IMG/VR virus record: IMGVR_UViG_3300021963_000023
Coordinates: 186,001 to 250,000 of that record
DNA: 64,000 bases
Strand: one strand, 5' to 3'
Within the stretch, counting starts at the first letter, position 1, and each line of letters opens with the position of its first letter. The notes beneath the pieces are model-generated. The model ran no database searches, had not been told where the DNA came from, and worked only from the letters and a program-made list of their open reading frames with translations. The translations under genes and the position numbers were made by a program. Positions 1 to 10,153 of the stretch are shown piece after piece.

Positions 1-2580
1 TCTGGTACGGCCCAGTTAAACCTATATAGTGCGTCATTAAAGGCCGCAATTGAGACCACTGGGTCAAACCTTACAGTTAAGGGTAATCTCCTTGTTAAAG
101 GGACTACAACGGCCGTTAATTCGACCACAGTTGCTATTGGAGATAACGTTATTGAGTTAAACGGTACCGAAGCAACAAATGGCGGTCTTTTAATTAAAGA
201 TCCAACATCACCTAACACAATTTCTGGTTCCCTACTTTGGGACACAACTTTAGATTATTGGAAAGCGGGTCAATTAGGTAGCGAAGAGAGATTGATTAGA
301 CAAAGTGATTTTACATCACTATCTTCTTCATTATCTAGCTCAATAAACACATTATCTGGTTCATTATCACATTCTATTAGTCTACTTTCGAGTTCACTAT
401 CAAGTTCAATTACAATACTATCATCTTCATTTTCAGCATCTATTGCTAATTTAGAAGATACCAATATTTGGCAACCAACGGGGTCATTCTACGGAACTTC
501 TCAAAATATTAAAATTACTGGTAGTGGAGCACTTCTTAACTCACCGGATGGTGCGGTTACAGGAAAATATGCATTAGAGGTTTCACAATCAATACATGCT
601 GCCAATATAAATGTTGGTATTCCAACATCTAATGATTGGAAAACAAGTTTGGATGGTTCATATTTTAATAACTTTGATAAAAATACAGATGTTTCTGAAA
701 TATTAAGATTTGTTGCTGGATTATTATCGGCTTCAGCTCCTGATGCGTCACCAAATACGAAGGGATATGGTGGTTATACAAAAAATAACGTTAACACCAC
801 AACAGGTACGGTAACGGTTGGTAGTATTCCACAAAATTCAACGAACACAACAATCACTTACTTACAAGGTAAGGGATTTGCAACAACTGGAAGCACAATT
901 TTTAGTGGTGTAACACCAATTTATACACAAACAAATTATGGTCACACATTCACAAGTGTATCATCAGGAACAACAATTGTATCATCTTCGGTTGATTCAC
1001 AATTATTTGGTTTAGGTACATTAAGTAGCGGTACTCCAACCTCGCTTAAAGTTTCGGGTTCATTTACTTTTAAGTTTAAAAATAATAGTTCAAAAACAGA
1101 TACATCAACATCAGGTTCACAATCTTTAATTACACAAACTGGTGCAGGAACAACGAGTGGAGTCTCGTTAGCAAGAATTAACACCGCAAATAACGCGGTA
1201 ATACCTCCAGCATATCAGGATGGTAAATTTGCAACAGTATTCTCACCATCATTATATGGTGCAAGCAGTGATGTTAGTTCAAGTGGATATTATCACATAT
1301 CAAGTTCAATTAGTATTGCGAGTGGATCGAGTCCATTTACCACACCAATTGATAGTTATACCGAAGTATTCTACGCACCATTAACAACAATATCAACAAA
1401 CATTCCGGCACAAACACCAACATTTAGTGGTGTAAGTGTTAATGCAATATCGGCGGTTTCTCGTTCATTGAGTGGAGCACCTTATTTAAGTTCAGCAACA
1501 TATACAATATCGGGGTCAGTATTAGGACTATTTAATCCTTTATATTATGCTGGTACGGGAATTACAACAATTACAGATTCAGATTCCTTAGTAACTGAGT
1601 CGGGCGGAATATTAACAGTATCAACTGCTGGAGGAACAATACAAACTGCAAATGCGGTTTATGATTCAACAGGTGTAACCGCTAGAAGTACAGGAACGGT
1701 ACCATATGAAACCGATATTGTAAAAGTATATACAACATCATCGTTTGTACCGGGTACATCTGACGAAAATATAAATCAAACAGGTTTAGGTACAACATCA
1801 TTCTCATTATATATTAATGGTTTGAATAAAGCGGGAAGTACAACAACAAACACATCAACAGTTTCATATCATACCGCAGGTAATTTTGGACAACCAGCAG
1901 CAAGTGGTAGTTTAGCTTATTATGGTAAGACACAGGGTACAGATACATCAACAACATTAGTTGAATCATTTACAGGAGAAAACAATAGACTACAAGTTAA
2001 TAATAACATTTTAACATTTAGTGGTGATACCTGGTCAACAGCATTTGGGTTGTACAATTTAGGTACTATAGATTTACAAGTTAAACCAGGATTTTTAGTT
2101 AAACCCGGTGGAACATATGGATATTGGTTAGCAAATCCAAGTTCTGCTAGTGATTACAAATATTACATTCGTAAAGTTAGTAGTGGTGCCGCATCAAATA
2201 AAGTGTCAATGACATTAAATCTTGGGCAAGCACTTGTAAACTGGACATCAACAACTTCAAATTCAGTTTCGGTAGCACTTCTTTTTGAATCTGCTAAAAG
2301 TGGAATTTATACACCACCAAGGTTCTTCGACCCTTCAGATACATTAAGTAACGTAATAAATTCTTCAATATCGGCAAATACGGATGGTACAAATCCATTT
2401 GGAAGTGCAATTGCGTTGTACGGAAATACAGGTGGTTCTTTATCAAGTACAACATATACAATTCCTTTAAGACCAGCAGATGGTTTTACGGTAAATGCCA
2501 CATATGATGAGGTGTATGTTATAATAAGATATAAAGGAGACCCAACACCAATAAGTTCGATAACAACAACATTTAGTTAA
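1..2580 (+). CDS. Large Ser/Thr-rich virion structural / tail-fibre-associated protein, 5' partial
   Basis: Frame is open from base 1 (SGTAQLNLYS...TVKGNLLVKGTTTAVNSTTVAIGDNVIELNG...SGSLLWD...WKAGQLGSEERLIRQ), so the track start at 292 (TTG) is internal. The same module occurs in the fibres at 21128 and 48783. Confidence 0.7.
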   Translation, partial: SGTAQLNLYSASLKAAIETTGSNLTVKGNLLVKGTTTAVNSTTVAIGDNVIELNGTEATNGGLLIKDPTSPNTISGSLLWDTTLDYWKAGQLGSEERLIRQSDFTSLSSSLSSSINTLSGSLSHSISLLSSSLSSSITILSSSFSASIANLEDTNIWQPTGSFYGTSQNIKITGSGALLNSPDGAVTGKYALEVSQSIHAANINVGIPTSNDWKTSLDGSYFNNFDKNTDVSEILRFVAGLLSASAPDASPNTKGYGGYTKNNVNTTTGTVTVGSIPQNSTNTTITYLQGKGFATTGSTIFSGVTPIYTQTNYGHTFTSVSSGTTIVSSSVDSQLFGLGTLSSGTPTSLKVSGSFTFKFKNNSSKTDTSTSGSQSLITQTGAGTTSGVSLARINTANNAVIPPAYQDGKFATVFSPSLYGASSDVSSSGYYHISSSISIASGSSPFTTPIDSYTEVFYAPLTTISTNIPAQTPTFSGVSVNAISAVSRSLSGAPYLSSATYTISGSVLGLFNPLYYAGTGITTITDSDSLVTESGGILTVSTAGGTIQTANAVYDSTGVTARSTGTVPYETDIVKVYTTSSFVPGTSDENINQTGLGTTSFSLYINGLNKAGSTTTNTSTVSYHTAGNFGQPAASGSLAYYGKTQGTDTSTTLVESFTGENNRLQVNNNILTFSGDTWSTAFGLYNLGTIDLQVKPGFLVKPGGTYGYWLANPSSASDYKYYIRKVSSGAASNKVSMTLNLGQALVNWTSTTSNSVSVALLFESAKSGIYTPPRFFDPSDTLSNVINSSISANTDGTNPFGSAIALYGNTGGSLSSTTYTIPLRPADGFTVNATYDEVYVIIRYKGDPTPISSITTTFS

Positions 2581-2594
2581 TAATTATATAGTAG

Positions 2595-3632
2595 ATGGCA
2601 GCAATAGATAGTACTAAAAAATCAGGTAGGTTCCTCCAAAGTAGAAGGTATACACACGATACTTTCACCGACGCTCAAGAAGCTTTTACTTCTGTATTAG
2701 ATATCAATGCGAGTGAAATTTACATAGACCATAGTTTAATACCAAGTAGTGGTTTACCATACAATAGTGTGGGTCAAGACGGTTCAATTTATTCTTCAAG
2801 TGGTCAACAAGTAATGAAATATTACTATAGACAAACAATGACTAAGTCTGATACAAACAACGAAGTTTGGTTTTTTTTAGTACCGACAGGTTCAACATCA
2901 GGTATTGGAGCAAGTTTAATTAATGGTGGACAACAAATAAATTTCATTTCCCCAAAATATTCAATTTCATCTTTAGCGAACTCAAATACTGAAGATGCTA
3001 CACCAGGTTATGGTGTTAAAGTTTTAATTAACGGAGTTCAACAATCCGTAAACAACTACGCATTTGATTATAAAACTGGTGTTTTACAATTCGCATCAAC
3101 CGCTGTTGCACCAACAAGTGGGCAAGTTGTAACCATATCTGCTTATCAATATGTCGGTAGATTATTATCATCACAAATTGGTGGTGGAGGATCTTCAATT
3201 TATGATATTTTTAAACCCACAGGTTCATTTTTTGCAACAACGAATGATTTACAAGTTACGGGTTCATTAAAGATAACATCTGGTTCCGCTTTATTTGTTA
3301 GTTCAAGTATAACTGCCAATAATAGTAATGTATATCTTACAAGTGGTAGTGGTCTTTATATTAAAGATAACGCAGTTGTAGATATTACAGGATCACTTAA
3401 TATGTCTGGTTCTGTTAGAATTAAAGGTGATTTAATTGTCGAGGGTACAACTATAATGAGACAACCTAATGATCCAAATCTTGACACGCTTATTGTGTCT
3501 GGTGCTATGAATATAGTTAAAAACGAAATAAATGCGCAATTAGTTAGGGCGCAATTAAAGATAGAGAATCTTGGTGCATTATCAGATAGAGCACAAATTA
3601 GTGTTCTTGACTGTGGAGATGGATTTTTCTAA
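2595..3632 (+). CDS. Virion structural protein, tail-associated
   Basis: 345 aa with TGS-rich beta repeats. The 'IFKPTGSFFATTNDLQVTGS' motif is shared with neighbouring fibres. Ends DCGDGFF. Confidence 0.55.
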   Translation: MAAIDSTKKSGRFLQSRRYTHDTFTDAQEAFTSVLDINASEIYIDHSLIPSSGLPYNSVGQDGSIYSSSGQQVMKYYYRQTMTKSDTNNEVWFFLVPTGSTSGIGASLINGGQQINFISPKYSISSLANSNTEDATPGYGVKVLINGVQQSVNNYAFDYKTGVLQFASTAVAPTSGQVVTISAYQYVGRLLSSQIGGGGSSIYDIFKPTGSFFATTNDLQVTGSLKITSGSALFVSSSITANNSNVYLTSGSGLYIKDNAVVDITGSLNMSGSVRIKGDLIVEGTTIMRQPNDPNLDTLIVSGAMNIVKNEINAQLVRAQLKIENLGALSDRAQISVLDCGDGFF

Positions 3633-3644
3633 TTAAAAATAAAG

Positions 3645-3652
3645 TATTTATA
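3645..3652 (+). promoter_or_regulatory. Putative late promoter motif TATTTATA (representative copy)
   Basis: TATTTAT(A/T/C) recurs just upstream of genes at 3645, 6001, 12876, 16299, 16531, 21104, 25204, 44921, 48755 and 54265. Confidence 0.55.
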
Positions 3653-3677
3653 TAAATAAAACAATTAAACACAAAAG

Positions 3678-5924
3678 ATGGCACAAATAATTAAACAGAG
3701 AAGAGGTAGTATAACCCAATTAAAGGATGTTACAGCCAGAATTAGTGAGCTTGTTGTTGCAACTGGATCAATTGGTAACCTAAACGGACCATTCCTTTTT
3801 GTTGGAGAAACAGAAGGTGTAGCCGGCGCATATAGACCAATTTCTAAGATTTATCAGGGATCAGCGGCACCAACGATCACAGTCGGTTCATACGGTTCGA
3901 TATTAGATGGTACACCCTTCTATGCATCTGCTAATAAATCATTATACATACTTAGTCAAGCCGGTAATTCTAGAATGGATTTTACTGGTAACATTGAAGG
4001 TAACACAATATCTAATGTTACTATTACCTCTTTAACAGGTAGTAACGCAAATTATACAAACCTAACAGGAACAACACTTACAAGTACAAATGGTAATATC
4101 ACATCGCTTACTGGTAGTAACGCAGTTGTTACAAATATAACGGGAACCACAATAACAGGTTCGAATGTACGGGTAACAAACGATTTAAATGTTGGTGGAA
4201 AAGTAACCGTAACTGGAGATATTTCTGGATCTAATTTAAATTTAACAGGAAACGCAACAATTGATGGTGATATAGTTTTAAAGGGTAATATTAGTATTGG
4301 TAACCAAACAACAGATTTAGTTACATTTGGTGCTGACGTTAGTTCTTCAATTTTACCAGATGTACACAATGCATTCGATTTAGGTTCTTCAGAAAAAAAT
4401 TGGAGAAACTTACACGTAAGTGGAACCGGGTATATTCAAACATTACAAGTAAATCAAGTAACTGTTACAAATATAGATGTTACAGGAGATTTAAGAGTTA
4501 GTGGTAGTACATTTTTAGGTAATGGTGGAGATAGTACAGTTATTAGTGGTTCAGTATACAATGACCAATTAACCGATAACAGAGTTCTTATTGTTGGGCC
4601 AAATGGTAGAATAGAAGATAGTCAATATTTCACATTTGATGATGTAACATTAAAAGTTGGTACTGGAGGTGGAAATTTTGAGGTTGGTACTGCCGCTGGT
4701 GACGTTAGAACTTCAGGTTCATTATTAGTTAAAAGTGGTACAACTATAACAGGTTCCTTAAACGTAACCGGTTCGGTTAATTTAAAGGGTAACACAACGG
4801 TAACAGGTTCATTAGATGTTACGGGTTCTGCAAATGTAGTAGGCCCGGTTGATGTTAAGGGTGATACAAAATTAACTGGTTCTTTAAATGTTAGTGGTTC
4901 TGCAAATGTAGTAGGTCCGGTCGATATTAAAGGGGACACAAAAATGACTGGTTCATTAAATGTAACCAACATCAAGGGTACAGGTTCGGTTTATTTACAA
5001 CCCAACCAAGCCGACGCAAGATATTTTGAAATTTATAACACAGCAGCAAGTGGTGACGTACACATTAAATCTAATCAGGGATTAAGTTTCTTTGGTGATG
5101 ATACCAATTATTTATTAATTAATGATGGCGCACAAACAGCAACAATTGTTGGTGTAAACGGTGTATTTGTTAGTTCTTCATTAACTGTAACTGGTTCTTT
5201 AAATGTTAGTGGTTCACAAACAATATCAAATAATTTAAATGTTTCAGGTAGTGCGTCTGTAACAGGAGCATTCACAGTAGGTTCAGGATCAATGACAAGT
5301 TTAGGTGGTGACTTATATGTGTCAGGTAACCTACAAGTTTTAGGTTCATCAACAAGTGTTAATATCCAATCACAAACGGTTGAATTGGATGATAACATCA
5401 TTAGATTAAACGCTTATTCACCATTCCAAAGTTATGCTGGATTTGAAGTTATGGATTCAGGATCATCAGGTGTTTCGGCTTCAATGCTTTGGGATTCACA
5501 AAATGATTATTGGATAGTAACAAATCAAAATGGTTCAGGTAGTAAATTTGTAGGTACAACGTTCGGAGCACAAGGTTCTGAAGTTAATTTAACAAGTGGA
5601 ACATTCCCAATTGCAACATCAAACAATACAATTGGTGATAGTTTATTAACAGATAATGCAACAACATTAAGTTATAATACCAATAAATTTCAAGTAACAG
5701 CATCAGATGGTGCTACTTTAATTGCGGGTAACGTAACCGTAAGTTCTGCTGGCGGTTCAGATTCAGGAACTAAGACTTCTAGAGTGGTTTTCAGAAACTC
5801 ATCTAACGTTTTAGGTTATGTTTCAGCAACTGAATCAACAGATGTTCTTGATGGAATTTTAGGATATAAAAATTCAGACGGGGCTCTTAAGTTCTCAACT
5901 CTAATTGACGGAGGAACGTACTAA
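3678..5924 (+). CDS. Tail fibre / spike protein
   Basis: N-terminal MAQIIKQRRGS anchor-type motif, VTGSLNV beta repeats, the 'LDDNIIRLN...SMLWD' module, and a C-terminal IDGGTY. Confidence 0.65.
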   Translation: MAQIIKQRRGSITQLKDVTARISELVVATGSIGNLNGPFLFVGETEGVAGAYRPISKIYQGSAAPTITVGSYGSILDGTPFYASANKSLYILSQAGNSRMDFTGNIEGNTISNVTITSLTGSNANYTNLTGTTLTSTNGNITSLTGSNAVVTNITGTTITGSNVRVTNDLNVGGKVTVTGDISGSNLNLTGNATIDGDIVLKGNISIGNQTTDLVTFGADVSSSILPDVHNAFDLGSSEKNWRNLHVSGTGYIQTLQVNQVTVTNIDVTGDLRVSGSTFLGNGGDSTVISGSVYNDQLTDNRVLIVGPNGRIEDSQYFTFDDVTLKVGTGGGNFEVGTAAGDVRTSGSLLVKSGTTITGSLNVTGSVNLKGNTTVTGSLDVTGSANVVGPVDVKGDTKLTGSLNVSGSANVVGPVDIKGDTKMTGSLNVTNIKGTGSVYLQPNQADARYFEIYNTAASGDVHIKSNQGLSFFGDDTNYLLINDGAQTATIVGVNGVFVSSSLTVTGSLNVSGSQTISNNLNVSGSASVTGAFTVGSGSMTSLGGDLYVSGNLQVLGSSTSVNIQSQTVELDDNIIRLNAYSPFQSYAGFEVMDSGSSGVSASMLWDSQNDYWIVTNQNGSGSKFVGTTFGAQGSEVNLTSGTFPIATSNNTIGDSLLTDNATTLSYNTNKFQVTASDGATLIAGNVTVSSAGGSDSGTKTSRVVFRNSSNVLGYVSATESTDVLDGILGYKNSDGALKFSTLIDGGTY

Positions 5925-5947
5925 ACGGTCATTTTAAAATAATAATT

Positions 5948-5976
5948 AAGGGAGGAATAAAAACCTCCCTTTTTTT
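5948..5976 (+). terminator. Rho-independent terminator
   Basis: AAGGGAGG-aataaaaa-CCTCCCTT hairpin followed by a T run, just downstream of the stop at 5924. Confidence 0.8.
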
Positions 5977-6076
5977 ATTTATTTAATCCCAATTTTTGTG
6001 TATTTATAGTTAAGACCTACATAGGTCATAATTAACCGTGGTATATACCACAAACACATAGGAGAGAACCATACAT

Positions 6077-9000
6077 ATGGCACAAATAGTAAAACTGCGT
6101 AGGAGTAGTGTATCCGGTCAAAAACCAACTAACTCAAATCTACAATTAGGTGAATTAGCTTTAAACACTACCGATGGTAAGGTTTATATGGCTAAATCAG
6201 GTTCTCTCGGACCATCAGTTGAAGAACTGATAACAACAAACACGGTTAATACGGGCTCTTTACAATTAGTAGGCTCAATTACAGCATCGGCATTTAGTGG
6301 TAGTGCTGCTGGATTAATAAATGTTCCATTTCAAATTTCAGGTTCTGATTTAAGTGGTAACACATACAACAAACAATTTACAAAATTACAATTTGATGAT
6401 AGTACTGGTTTAAATGTTGAAGAAATAAATCCAGGAACCGCATTTATATCAATTGGTTCTCACTTTAAAGATATTTTTGTTTCAGGTTCACCAATATTAA
6501 GTGCAACAGGTTCAGATGCGTTTGAAGTTATTGGTGCGGGTGGTCTTGGAATTTCAACATCAATCACAGATACTAATGGTAATGGATATGTTAAAGAATT
6601 AACAATTAGTGCAACAAGTTTATCTTCTTCATTAAATAATAGAATGGATACCATTACGGGTTCCATCACAACTTTATCATCCTCATTAAATTCGAGAATT
6701 AATACCCTTAATACATTTACATCAAGTGTTGTGTTAACATCACAAACATCTTCGATGAATGTGTTAAGTGCATCATATGCGTTAACAGCGGCATTTGCAT
6801 TAAACGCAGGTGCTGGTGGAGGTGGAGGATCGGCTATAGGTTCATATAGTTCTTTAGAAGTTACAAGTGCGGCTTCAACATGGAGTTTTGCACATAACTC
6901 TGGACAACAATACCCAATATTTCAAGTTTTTGATAGTAATGGTTTTGTTGTTATTCCAAGTCAAATTAGAGCGATTGATGAAGATCTCGCTGAAATTATT
7001 TTTCCAAGTCCACAAACAGGTATAGTAATTGCATCACTAGGAGGTGGTAATGGAACAACACAGGAATTTACAAGTTCATCTTTATGGACAGTTGACCACT
7101 ATTTGGGAACAGATTATCCCGATGTAACGGTTTGGGATTCAAATAGAAATATTGTTTTTCCAAATAGAATTGAGTCGGTTAATACCAACCAAGTAAAAAT
7201 TTATTTTAGTCAAGCAATATCGGGTAATGTTAGTGTATCAAGAGGTGGTCATGTTGTAACTGGAAGTATAACTTGGGCTAATGTATTAAATAAACCATCA
7301 GGTTTAGTTTCAGGTTCATCACAATTAACAGGGTCTTATGACACTCGTTATGTGTTAAGTGGATCAATTACACAAACAACTTGGGATAATATTGCAAACA
7401 AACCAAGTGGATTAATATCAGGTTCAGTACAAGTAGACTTAACGAGTACAACTGGATATTCAACATTTAGTTCTAGTATATCTACAAGCATAGGTGCATT
7501 ATCTTCATCGGTTGCAACAACAACTAGTGGATTAAGTTCAAGCATTGGTTCGTTGAGTTCTAGTATTGCAACAACAACTAGTGGATTAAGTTCTTCGATT
7601 GGAAGTTTATCTTCATCAGTAGCAACAACAACCAGCGGATTAACAAGTACAATAACAAGTTTAAGTTCATCATTAACATCTTCAATAGGTTCTTTATCTT
7701 CATCAGTAGCAACAACAACTAGTGGACTAAGTTCTTCTATAGGAAGTTTAAGTTCAAGCGTTGCCTCAATTGATAATACACAAAATGGTAGATTAGATTC
7801 ACTTGAAACTACTAGTGGTAGCATTAGAAGTGATTTTAATACATTCACATCCTCTTATAATACAGGTTCATTTACAGGTTCATTCAAAGGTGATGGTACA
7901 AATCTTTATAACATTCCAGCAAGTGGTGTAACCGGACTTAATTTAAATAAAATAATTTCGGGTTCGGTTAGTGCATCAATATCACCAGATAGAGGTTTAG
8001 AAATAAACACAAATGTTTATATTGATGGTTCTTTAACCGCCAAAGAATTATTTATTAATTATGTAACATCTTCTGTTCTTCTTCAAAGTGGTAGTACAAA
8101 ATTTGGTGATACATCAGACGATAATCATTTATTTACGGGGTCAATATTAGTTGATGGAAAAGTTAATGCAAGTTCATTAACAGGATCTATTAATTTTAAT
8201 AATTTAACTAACGTACCTACATTAGTTTCAGGTAGTTCACAAATTGATATAACAGGAACAACAGGTTATTCAACCTTTAGTTCTAGTATATCTACAAGTA
8301 TTGGTTCTTTAAGTTCCTCAGTTGCAACTACCACGTCAGGATTAAGTTCTTCTATAGGAAGTTTAAGTTCTTCAGTATCTACAAGTATTGGTTCATTAAG
8401 TTCTAGTGTTGCAACAACAACACTTGATTTAAAAAATCGTGTTGATTCAATTGAAGGTATAACCGGTTCTATTTCATCATTAAATTCATTTACATCTTCA
8501 ATTAATACAACAATTAAGAGTAAGTTAGATAGTGATGGTGTTATATCTGGTTCGATACAAGTTATTTATAGTGGTTTAACAGGAATACCTTCAGGTATTG
8601 TATCTGGAAGTTCACAAATTATTTATTCAGGATTAACAGGAATACCATCAGGTATTGTTTCAGGTAGCTCACAATTAACAGGTTCATATGACACACGTTA
8701 TGTTCTTAGCGGAAGTATAACACAGACAACTTGGGATAATATTGCAAATAAACCAAATGATATTGTTTCAAGTAGTAATCAAATAAGTGCATTTGGATTT
8801 TTACAAACAAGTTCATTTAACACATACACATCAAGTAATGATGGTAGAGTTTCTTCATTAGAATCTTTTACCGCATCATTAAATACGAATTATGTTAGTG
8901 AAACAGAATTTGGTACGTATACAGGTTCGATTAACACATTTACAAGTAGTGTAAACACATACACATCAAGTAATGATGGTAGAGTTTCTTCATTAGAAAG

Positions 9001-10153
9001 TAAAACAGGTAGTTATGCAACAACAGGAAGTAATTCATTTATTGGTACTGAAAGAGTAACAGGTAGTTTAATTGTATCAAGTTCTTTAAATGTAATTGGA
9101 ACTCAAAATGTAACAGGTAGTTTAATTGTATCAAGTTCTTTAAATGTAATTGGAACTCAAAATGTAACAGGTAGTTTAATTGTATCCAATTCTTTAAAAG
9201 TAATTGGTAATCAAAATATAAATGGTAATTTATCTGTAACAGGTAGTGTTGTAATATCGGGTTCATTAGATTTATCAAACGCAAATGTTGATAATTCAAG
9301 ATATCTACACATACAATCTACTAGCGGAACCACTTGGAATATTGTTCACAATTTAAATTATTTATATCCAAGTATCACAGTATATGACGCATCAAATAAG
9401 GTGATGTTACCTGATGAAATTACATCAATTGATGCGAATACAACACAAGTAACATTTGCGGTTGCAGAAAGTGGACACGCTTTGGCTTCAGTCGGTGGTA
9501 TATCAACAAGCACGGCTGATAGATATCTACATACACAAACATCTGCAACAGGTTCGTGGGTTATTGACCATAACATTGGTTACAAATATGTAACAATAAA
9601 TGTTTATGATGGTGCTGACGAACAATTAATACCACAAAAAATAACTGCGGTTTCTGTTAACAGAACACAAATTGATTTTGCAACACCAACAACAGGTAAT
9701 GCAATTATAACTGTAGGTGGACCTCGTACAACATCATTATTTGTTCAAACAGGTTCATTCTATAATACAACAACTAACATTGGAATCTCAGGTTCGTTGG
9801 TTGTAACAGGTGATGTGGATGGTAATAGTTTCAACACAACATCTGATAAGAAATTAAAAACAAATCTTGTTAGAATTGAAAACGCATTAGATAAGATTGA
9901 AAAATTAAATGGTTATACATTTGATTGGTTAGAAGAATATAGTGAAGATAGAACAAGACAAATCGGAATGGTTGCCGATGAGGTATATGAAGTACAACCA
10001 GAATTGATATCACATAGAAATATTGTTTTATCAAACAAAGAAGAAAAAATAAAATTATTAGACTACTCTAAAGTGACGGCAATATTAATTGAAGCAATTA
10101 AAGAGTTGAACGATAAGGTTACAAAATTAGAAAATAAAAAGAAGAAAAAATGA
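6077..10153 (+). CDS. Long tail fibre with C-terminal intramolecular chaperone (peptidase S74-like) domain
   Basis: N-terminal 'KLRRSS..GQKP...GELALNTTDGK' motif, Ser-rich coiled-coil repeats, four 'W...H.L...YP.V.VYD' domains, and C-terminal 'SDKKLKTN..IENALDKIEKLNGYTF.W...GMVADEV..VQPEL...DYSK..AILIEAIKEL'. Confidence 0.8.
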   Translation: MAQIVKLRRSSVSGQKPTNSNLQLGELALNTTDGKVYMAKSGSLGPSVEELITTNTVNTGSLQLVGSITASAFSGSAAGLINVPFQISGSDLSGNTYNKQFTKLQFDDSTGLNVEEINPGTAFISIGSHFKDIFVSGSPILSATGSDAFEVIGAGGLGISTSITDTNGNGYVKELTISATSLSSSLNNRMDTITGSITTLSSSLNSRINTLNTFTSSVVLTSQTSSMNVLSASYALTAAFALNAGAGGGGGSAIGSYSSLEVTSAASTWSFAHNSGQQYPIFQVFDSNGFVVIPSQIRAIDEDLAEIIFPSPQTGIVIASLGGGNGTTQEFTSSSLWTVDHYLGTDYPDVTVWDSNRNIVFPNRIESVNTNQVKIYFSQAISGNVSVSRGGHVVTGSITWANVLNKPSGLVSGSSQLTGSYDTRYVLSGSITQTTWDNIANKPSGLISGSVQVDLTSTTGYSTFSSSISTSIGALSSSVATTTSGLSSSIGSLSSSIATTTSGLSSSIGSLSSSVATTTSGLTSTITSLSSSLTSSIGSLSSSVATTTSGLSSSIGSLSSSVASIDNTQNGRLDSLETTSGSIRSDFNTFTSSYNTGSFTGSFKGDGTNLYNIPASGVTGLNLNKIISGSVSASISPDRGLEINTNVYIDGSLTAKELFINYVTSSVLLQSGSTKFGDTSDDNHLFTGSILVDGKVNASSLTGSINFNNLTNVPTLVSGSSQIDITGTTGYSTFSSSISTSIGSLSSSVATTTSGLSSSIGSLSSSVSTSIGSLSSSVATTTLDLKNRVDSIEGITGSISSLNSFTSSINTTIKSKLDSDGVISGSIQVIYSGLTGIPSGIVSGSSQIIYSGLTGIPSGIVSGSSQLTGSYDTRYVLSGSITQTTWDNIANKPNDIVSSSNQISAFGFLQTSSFNTYTSSNDGRVSSLESFTASLNTNYVSETEFGTYTGSINTFTSSVNTYTSSNDGRVSSLESKTGSYATTGSNSFIGTERVTGSLIVSSSLNVIGTQNVTGSLIVSSSLNVIGTQNVTGSLIVSNSLKVIGNQNINGNLSVTGSVVISGSLDLSNANVDNSRYLHIQSTSGTTWNIVHNLNYLYPSITVYDASNKVMLPDEITSIDANTTQVTFAVAESGHALASVGGISTSTADRYLHTQTSATGSWVIDHNIGYKYVTINVYDGADEQLIPQKITAVSVNRTQIDFATPTTGNAIITVGGPRTTSLFVQTGSFYNTTTNIGISGSLVVTGDVDGNSFNTTSDKKLKTNLVRIENALDKIEKLNGYTFDWLEEYSEDRTRQIGMVADEVYEVQPELISHRNIVLSNKEEKIKLLDYSKVTAILIEAIKELNDKVTKLENKKKKK
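7480..7770 (+). repeat. Coding 18-aa repeat SSSIGSLSSSVATTTSGL (boundaries approximate)
   Basis: Several tandem copies with synonymous divergence. The same unit occurs at about 8280-8420, 22180-22390 and 49770-50250. Confidence 0.8.
9056..9217 (+). repeat. 54-bp coding tandem repeat x3 (VTGSLIVSSSLNVIGTQN)
   Basis: Copies 9056-9109 and 9110-9163 are identical; 9164-9217 is diverged. Confidence 0.9.

Noticed and set aside
7480-9217. CRISPR array or non-coding repeat array
   Set aside because: The repeats are in-frame multiples of 3, lack unique spacers, and mostly show synonymous divergence, so they are protein repeats.
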